From the NCBI GenBank assembly GCA_963663165.1, contig OY760175.1:4288001-4352000 (forward strand): 64,000 bases of DNA, written 5' to 3'. Position numbers and translations under genes: made by a program. Positions 58,750 through 64,000 of this stretch are shown here, one piece after another. Within the stretch, counting starts at the first letter, position 1, and each line of letters opens with the position of its first letter. The DNA comes from an uncultured Desulfospira sp. GTDB lineage: Bacteria; Desulfobacterota; Desulfobacteria; Desulfobacterales; Desulfobacteraceae. The notes beneath the pieces are model-generated. The model did not search any database. It was not told where the DNA came from and worked only from the letters and a program-made list of their open reading frames with translations.

Positions 58750-59805
58750 TTATGCCACCCAATAATATAAGATGCCAATAAAAATCAGGCTCAATATCCT
58801 GAACATTTGCCCTGACAACAGCAGTTCCAGCCCCATCTTGGGGGAGAAAATGCCGACATACCGGGGGATCTGGTGTCTTAACGCCCGAATGGGAAAGGCC
58901 AGAATATTGCCCAGCAACAAGGCAATAACCGTTTGTTTAATGGTCAGTACCCCGGCATCCATAAGGGCTCCGGCAGCTGCAAAACCGGAGGTAAATTCTG
59001 CGGCAAAGCTTAATACCACCACAGATAAGGACTGCACCGGAATTAAATGAAAAGAGACATAGGCCGTAAACACCCGGTTCAGATAATCAAAAAATCCATT
59101 GGAATTCAAGATAAATACCAGGGTGTAGATGGGCAGCACCCAAACGGCAATGTTAACCATTCGGGCTGGCAGGTGTATTTTAATGTTGGGAATCAGGTCA
59201 ATAAACCGGGGCTTATCCGGATTGGCATCAGGCTCAAGGACAGCTGATTCCAGAAACAGCGCCTCAGGCTGTTTCAGATAAACCTTTCCAAACATGAAAA
59301 AAAGGACGGTTCGGCAAAGGGTAGCGGTAAAGGTCAGCAGAAAATATAAAGCCCCGGCAGCCCCGGTCAGGGGGAGCACCACAAACATGGTGGTGGGAAG
59401 GTGAAGAAAAAAGGCCGGGAACTGGTTGACATAATTGGTTAAAAATAATTGAAGCTTTGAAATTTTTTTTTGCTCATAAAATTCGAGCAGCATGGCATTG
59501 GCGGCGGTCCCTGAAATAAAAGCCGTGGTAAAGGCGGCACTGCAATGAACCCCTAAATTGGAAAAGTTGAAAAAAGGGCGTGCCACCACAGCCAGCTGAC
59601 GGGTCCAGCCAAAGGTTTCAATAACCTGGCCCGCAAACAGCCCTAAACAGATGATTCCCAAAAGCCTGAGCAGGGGAAAGCCGAGCCTGGCGGCAAGATC
59701 TTGAGGCGAGGTCCCGGAGGTCCAGGCAAGATCAATGCAGAGAATTGTCAGGGTTAGGGCCAGGGAAATCCCAAGGTGTTTCAAATTCGGTTTTTGCCGT
59801 TTCAT
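58750..59805 (-). CDS. Polytopic membrane protein, nucleoside-recognition (Gate)-like, in cob operon
   Basis: 351 aa, many TM segments, AFISGTAANAML and RHQIPRY motifs; translationally coupled to cbiL. Confidence 0.65.
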   Translation of the reverse strand: MKRQKPNLKHLGISLALTLTILCIDLAWTSGTSPQDLAARLGFPLLRLLGIICLGLFAGQVIETFGWTRQLAVVARPFFNFSNLGVHCSAAFTTAFISGTAANAMLLEFYEQKKISKLQLFLTNYVNQFPAFFLHLPTTMFVVLPLTGAAGALYFLLTFTATLCRTVLFFMFGKVYLKQPEALFLESAVLEPDANPDKPRFIDLIPNIKIHLPARMVNIAVWVLPIYTLVFILNSNGFFDYLNRVFTAYVSFHLIPVQSLSVVVLSFAAEFTSGFAAAGALMDAGVLTIKQTVIALLLGNILAFPIRALRHQIPRYVGIFSPKMGLELLLSGQMFRILSLIFIGILYYWVA

Positions 59806-60506
59806 TTTGATGCCAGAATCAGGGTCCAGTAATCGGCGTCGCGTTTTGAAAGATCATCAATATTATCAATAACTTCTTCGTTTTCCCGGCCGCATTTTGA
59901 AACGGCCACGGCCCTGTCAAAAAGTCCGGCCTCTTTGAGGGCATCGTTGATATCGTCTATATTTTTATACGCCTTGACAATGGCCACATTCTCAATGGAC
60001 ATGAATTTTCTGATCCGGCTTCCCCCAAAGGCACCGGAGGTGACCAGCAAAGAATCTTCCCCTTCAACAAGAATCCGGTTCAGCCGGGCTGAGGCGGCAT
60101 GAAAGGAGGTAATCCCGGGAATGGTTTCAATGTCCGCCTCAGGCATGATAATGTTCATTTTTTTGAGGACATAGCCAAAGGTGGAATAGGTCATGGGATC
60201 ACCAAGGGTAAGGAAAACGGCCGTTTTCCCCTTTTCAAGTTCCGCTGCAATCTGTTTTGCGTTGTCGGTCCAGGCCTGATCCGTGGTATTTTCATCTTTA
60301 GTCATAGGGAATTTTAAGGTCTCAATCCGGGCGGCAGGAGAGATATACGGGGAGGCAATCTCCACTGCCAGGCTGTATGGATTTTTGCTTGAGGCCGCCG
60401 TAAAGATAATGTCTGCTTTTTCAATGGCCTTGACTGCCTTTACTGTTATCAGTTCCGGGTCTCCGGGACCAACCCCGATACCGTATAATTTTCCGTGTTC
60501 CGCCAT
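59802..60506 (-). CDS. cbiL: Precorrin-2 C20-methyltransferase
   Basis: LYGIGVGPGDPELITVKA, FPMT, TLGDP.TYSTF, IPGITSF. Confidence 0.93.
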   Translation of the reverse strand: MAEHGKLYGIGVGPGDPELITVKAVKAIEKADIIFTAASSKNPYSLAVEIASPYISPAARIETLKFPMTKDENTTDQAWTDNAKQIAAELEKGKTAVFLTLGDPMTYSTFGYVLKKMNIIMPEADIETIPGITSFHAASARLNRILVEGEDSLLVTSGAFGGSRIRKFMSIENVAIVKAYKNIDDINDALKEAGLFDRAVAVSKCGRENEEVIDNIDDLSKRDADYWTLILASK

Positions 60507-61073
60507 TAATTTTCCTTTTGCTGATGGACCAGGGCAAATTCATTTGCCGTTTAAATTATCAGGCCGGTGTTCATTTTTTACTTAAATCCTTTAAAAATAA
60601 CAAACGCCTGGTCTGCCGTTCCTGTAGGGCCAAGGTACAGCATAAAAACTTCAGCGTGGAAAGTAAAGTGCAAATCCCGATCCGCCAGGGTCAATCCTAT
60701 ACGGCACCTTTGGGTTTTGTGAGGGGTTAGGCTGAAGGTGGTTAGGCTAAAGGGGTGCACGATCCTAAACCCCTTCAGCCTAGATCCCTGAAAAAAAGAA
60801 AAAGGGGAAACAGGACCACCAGATATCCTGTTTCCCCCCTACAAATATGGCAACCGGTATACGCATTTATGCCATACTCCCAGGCGATAGCCTGAACCCC
60901 GGTCCGGTGTCTGGGTGACAGCCATTCCGGGAAATTAAGGTCCCCCAACCTTAACCATTTAAAAATGTTCGGCATAGCCGATACGGCAGAAAAAATATTT
61001 GCTTAACCATTGAATGCTTAAAAGGATCAGGAAGGAACCGCCTTAAGTTTCAGACGGTTTTTTGGATACGATT

Positions 61074-61089
61074 GGTTTCATGTGAAACT
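61074..61089. other. parS-like site 3 (intergenic)
   Basis: GGTTTCATGTGAAACT, same 14-bp core GTTTCATGTGAAAC. Confidence 0.6.
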
Positions 61090-61169
61090 TTCATCAGGGG
61101 GTTACGGCCGGGCCGTAAAATGTACTGCACTGCAACTGCTTTCAACCCTGATTTCATGGAAAAAGACGT

Positions 61170-61198
61170 AAAAAAACCCATACCTGTAGAGGTATGGG
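61170..61198 (-). terminator. Attenuator terminator downstream of the B12 riboswitch
   Basis: Minus strand CCCATACCT-CTAC-AGGTATGGG followed by T7. Confidence 0.75.
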
Positions 61199-61257
61199 AA
61201 CCGTATTTTTCCACAATCATATTGATCTACCTAAATCCTCGCAAGCATCTCGATCAA

Positions 61258-61425
61258 TGGTCCAGGCAGGTCTTCTGGCTTCCGGATCACTTTACTTCTC
61301 ACGCCTTCCCCTAAGTAATTCCAGTGAAGAGTGGCTAATGTGAGTGTCATTCCCGGTTACAGCGGCGGGTCCGCTCCTGAGTTTCACAGGATTCCCTTTT
61401 AACTGCCGTACAGCACCTGAACATT
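61258..61425 (-). promoter_or_regulatory. Cobalamin riboswitch
   Basis: Minus strand AGGTG..AAAAGGGAATCCTGTGAAACTCAGGAGCGGACCCGCCGCTGTAA..GCCACT..GGGAAGG..AAGCCAGAAGACCTGCC (B12 box); TTGACA promoter just upstream. Confidence 0.93.
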
Positions 61426-61480
61426 GTGACATTACCTTTTTGATAAAGCTGTGTCAACAATAAAAAAAAGTCTTTCCCTG

Positions 61481-62152
61481 CTATTCGGGCCGGGTGCTGA
61501 TCAGGCCGGTTTTTTCAAAGTGGACCGCACACCGGACCAGCTCGTTGGCGTGCTTTAAGTGAAGCTTGTCTTTTATCCGTTCCCGGTAGGTGCCAATGGT
61601 TTTGATACTTAAAAATAACCGCTCTGCAATTTCCCGGGTGGAAAAGCCCCTGCCGATCATTTTAAAGACCTGGAGTTCCCGGTCCGTCAGCCGGTCAATG
61701 GGAGATTTTTCCCGGGTTTCCTGGGGTTGGGAAATGTTTGAAAGGATATGCTCTTTAACCTTTTCATTGAGATAAACTTTGCCTTCCAGAACTTTGTGGA
61801 TGGCGGTAACCACGGATTCCATGGCCTCCTGTTTCATGATATATCCCCTGGCCCCGGCCGCAAGGGAGCGCTGGGCATACAGGTATTCATCGTGCATGGA
61901 GAGAACCAGAACCGGGATCTGGCTGTGATGCTGCTTGACATATTTGACCAGATCAATGCCGTCTGACGATTTTAAGGTGATATCGGCAATGATCAGGTCC
62001 GGCCCCATGGTTTCGATTTCTTTGATGGCCGGCGTGACGTCTTTGGCGCTGCCAAAGGCCTCCAGATCGTCTTCCTGGTTGATCAGTTCGGCAAGGCCGA
62101 GCCGGAAAATCGGATGATCTTCCACCAGCAGTATTTTCTTTTTAGCGAGCAT
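61481..62152 (-). CDS. NarL/LuxR-family response regulator
   Basis: VEDHP receiver; LTDRELQVF..LSIKTIGTYR HTH. Confidence 0.93.
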   Translation of the reverse strand: MLAKKKILLVEDHPIFRLGLAELINQEDDLEAFGSAKDVTPAIKEIETMGPDLIIADITLKSSDGIDLVKYVKQHHSQIPVLVLSMHDEYLYAQRSLAAGARGYIMKQEAMESVVTAIHKVLEGKVYLNEKVKEHILSNISQPQETREKSPIDRLTDRELQVFKMIGRGFSTREIAERLFLSIKTIGTYRERIKDKLHLKHANELVRCAVHFEKTGLISTRPE

Positions 62153-62187
62153 AAGGCAAAGGTACCATTTTTAAAGGATAAATGCCA

Positions 62188-64000
62188 TTAGGAAATGTCC
62201 GGAGATGCCGGCATCGTAAGTTTAACCATGGTGCCGGTCTCTTTTCCCGCGGAAATCATAATGGCTGCGCCTATGATTTTGGCCCTGTAATTCATGATTC
62301 TCAGTCCCATGCCGGTTGTTTTCTTGGCATGGTCTATACCGATTCCGTTATCGGTCACGCTCAGGCCTAACTGGTCGTTTTCGGTTTCAACCAGGATGCT
62401 GACCCGGTCGGCTTTGCCGTGCCGGATGGCGTTCCTGACCGCTTCTCCGGCGATATGGTAAAGGTTGATGATCACCATGTGGTTGTCCATTTTAACACCG
62501 TTTTTCACCTCAAGGGTGCAGTTAATCCGGTGGATGGAGCGGGTCTGTTCGGCCAGTTCCTCCAGGGAAGGGGCCAGCCCCTGGTAGCAATAAACCGGAC
62601 ACAGCCCCCTGGCCAGTCTTCGGGTTTTAGAGATGGCCTCTTTGATCAGTTCCGATATCCGGTCGGAAAACAGGGCCGCATCCGGGAAATCCGTTTCAAT
62701 CTTTTTTTTCATGACCTTGACCAGCCCTTCAATGCCGATGAGGTGGGGGCAAAGGTCATCGTGAAGGTCGTTGCCAATGGCCTGGCGCTCCCGTTCTCCG
62801 GTTTCCATGATGGCCTTTTCAAGGCGCTTTACTTCAGAGACATCCCGGTGAATAATGACAGTTCCCAGAGGCTTTCCGTCCTTATCCCGGTATACGGATC
62901 CCCGGGTTATCACATCAATGAGGCGGCCGTCCTTTGCCTTCCGTTTGGTCTCAAGCAAATGGCCCGTATTCCCTTCTAAGATGGCGGCAATGCCGTCCAT
63001 GCTTTCTTTCCAGTGGGCCCGGGGAACAAAATGGTCCATTTTTTTGCCCAGGCTTTGCATCAGGGTAAACCCGAAAACCTGGGTAAAGGCCGGATTCAAA
63101 TAGGTTACTTTTCCGTCCATATCATATACAATAATGGGATCGGGAACTGCCCCCATGACGGAGCGGTACTTTTCTTCACTTTCTTTAAGGGCTTCCTGGG
63201 TTTGGTGCCGTTCTTTAATTTCCGATTGAAGCTTTTTATCATAGGCTTGGAGCCGGTCCATAAAGGAGTTGTAATAATGGGTCAGCTGCCCGATTTCATC
63301 CTTGGAATCCATCTGGATTTCCCGGTTGGAGAATCCGGCGGCTATGTCCTGGCTGAACCGTTTCATCAAGGTTTGCAAGGGGCTGGTAATGGTGGAACTT
63401 AACAAGGTGCTGACCGGCAAAAACACGGCAATGGCCGCAAGCCCGACAATCACAATAAGGTCTTTTATGGTCTGAAGCGGCGCATAAAATTCATCTAAAT
63501 AAGAAGAACAGGCCACAAACCACTCATATTCAGGAATAAAGTTAAAGGCGACCAGTTTTTTACGATGAAGTTTTTCTCCGGGATTTTTCCACGAATAGAT
63601 AAGCTTGCCGTTTTTTATTTTCATCATTTCCAGAAAAAAATCATTGGAAAACCGGTTGTCCTCAAGCACGTTGACCCCGGTAAGTTCGGGATGAATAATC
63701 ACATTGCCCTTTGTATCCATCACATAGCTGTAACCGGTTTTTCCAAACTTCAAACTTAAGATGCTTTCTTTAAAATCATTGATATCCACCAGTTTAGAAA
63801 ATTCTTTTCGATAAGAGGATACCGTGATCATCCAGTCCCAGGGTTCAAAATAAAACAGATAAAGGGCTTTGGGCCGGGGCACTTTGTCATCGGGGTTCTT
63901 CCACTGGTATTCGATATATCCGGTTTTTTTGGCAATCATCTCCTGGACAAAATTATGGTCTGATATATCGAGCCCCTCCAATTGCTTTTTGGGGTGTTTG
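62188..64000 (-). CDS. Sensor histidine kinase (Cache, HAMP, PAS, HisKA_3), 5' end outside window
   Basis: DEIGQL HAMP, PAS, DLHDDLC, EAVRNAIRHG, DNGIG; frame open to the window edge. Confidence 0.9.
   Translation of the reverse strand, partial: KHPKKQLEGLDISDHNFVQEMIAKKTGYIEYQWKNPDDKVPRPKALYLFYFEPWDWMITVSSYRKEFSKLVDINDFKESILSLKFGKTGYSYVMDTKGNVIIHPELTGVNVLEDNRFSNDFFLEMMKIKNGKLIYSWKNPGEKLHRKKLVAFNFIPEYEWFVACSSYLDEFYAPLQTIKDLIVIVGLAAIAVFLPVSTLLSSTITSPLQTLMKRFSQDIAAGFSNREIQMDSKDEIGQLTHYYNSFMDRLQAYDKKLQSEIKERHQTQEALKESEEKYRSVMGAVPDPIIVYDMDGKVTYLNPAFTQVFGFTLMQSLGKKMDHFVPRAHWKESMDGIAAILEGNTGHLLETKRKAKDGRLIDVITRGSVYRDKDGKPLGTVIIHRDVSEVKRLEKAIMETGERERQAIGNDLHDDLCPHLIGIEGLVKVMKKKIETDFPDAALFSDRISELIKEAISKTRRLARGLCPVYCYQGLAPSLEELAEQTRSIHRINCTLEVKNGVKMDNHMVIINLYHIAGEAVRNAIRHGKADRVSILVETENDQLGLSVTDNGIGIDHAKKTTGMGLRIMNYRAKIIGAAIMISAGKETGTMVKLTMPASPDIS

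Noticed and set aside
60775..60975. 66-aa ORF in the cob leader
   Set aside because: No RBS or recognisable domain, and it ends in a repeat element.
13773..63759. Many short ORFs antisense to or overlapping real genes (e.g. 13773-14513, 21146-21883, 36926-37630, 40503-41138)
   Set aside because: Shadow frames of GC-rich coding sequence with no motifs.

Overview
This window looks like chromosome from a sulfate-reducing Desulfobacteraceae-like deltaproteobacterium, inferred from gene content and repeat families. From left to right: (1) a brxE-brxA-brxB-brxC-pglX BREX defence operon on the minus strand, running off the left edge, whose pglX is split by two IS insertions with intact target-site duplications; (2) pyruvate carboxylase and biotin ligase; (3) a Fur-FeoA gene that continues in frame through a UGA, followed by a SECIS-like hairpin, into a second FeoA domain (candidate selenoprotein metal regulator); (4) a sigma54-linked signalling cluster of hybrid kinase, NtrC-type regulator, pseudo-receiver, MCP, a CheA-like protein lacking Hpt and ATP-binding motifs, and CheW; (5) a ClC channel, a TetR-TolC-MFP-RND efflux operon and another IS; (6) a TAXI TRAP transporter, a two-component pair and thpR; (7) a 4.1-kb five-gene recombinase-in-trio (RIT) element with clear att-like ends and a possible antisense RNA; (8) a FapA-like gene and a cobalamin-riboswitch-controlled cbi/cob operon containing three parS-like palindromes; (9) a final two-component pair cut by the right edge. 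The strongest novelty candidates are the UGA-readthrough Fur-FeoA-FeoA, the extended RIT element and the apparently kinase-dead chemosensory module. All calls come from reading the sequence; no database searches were run.
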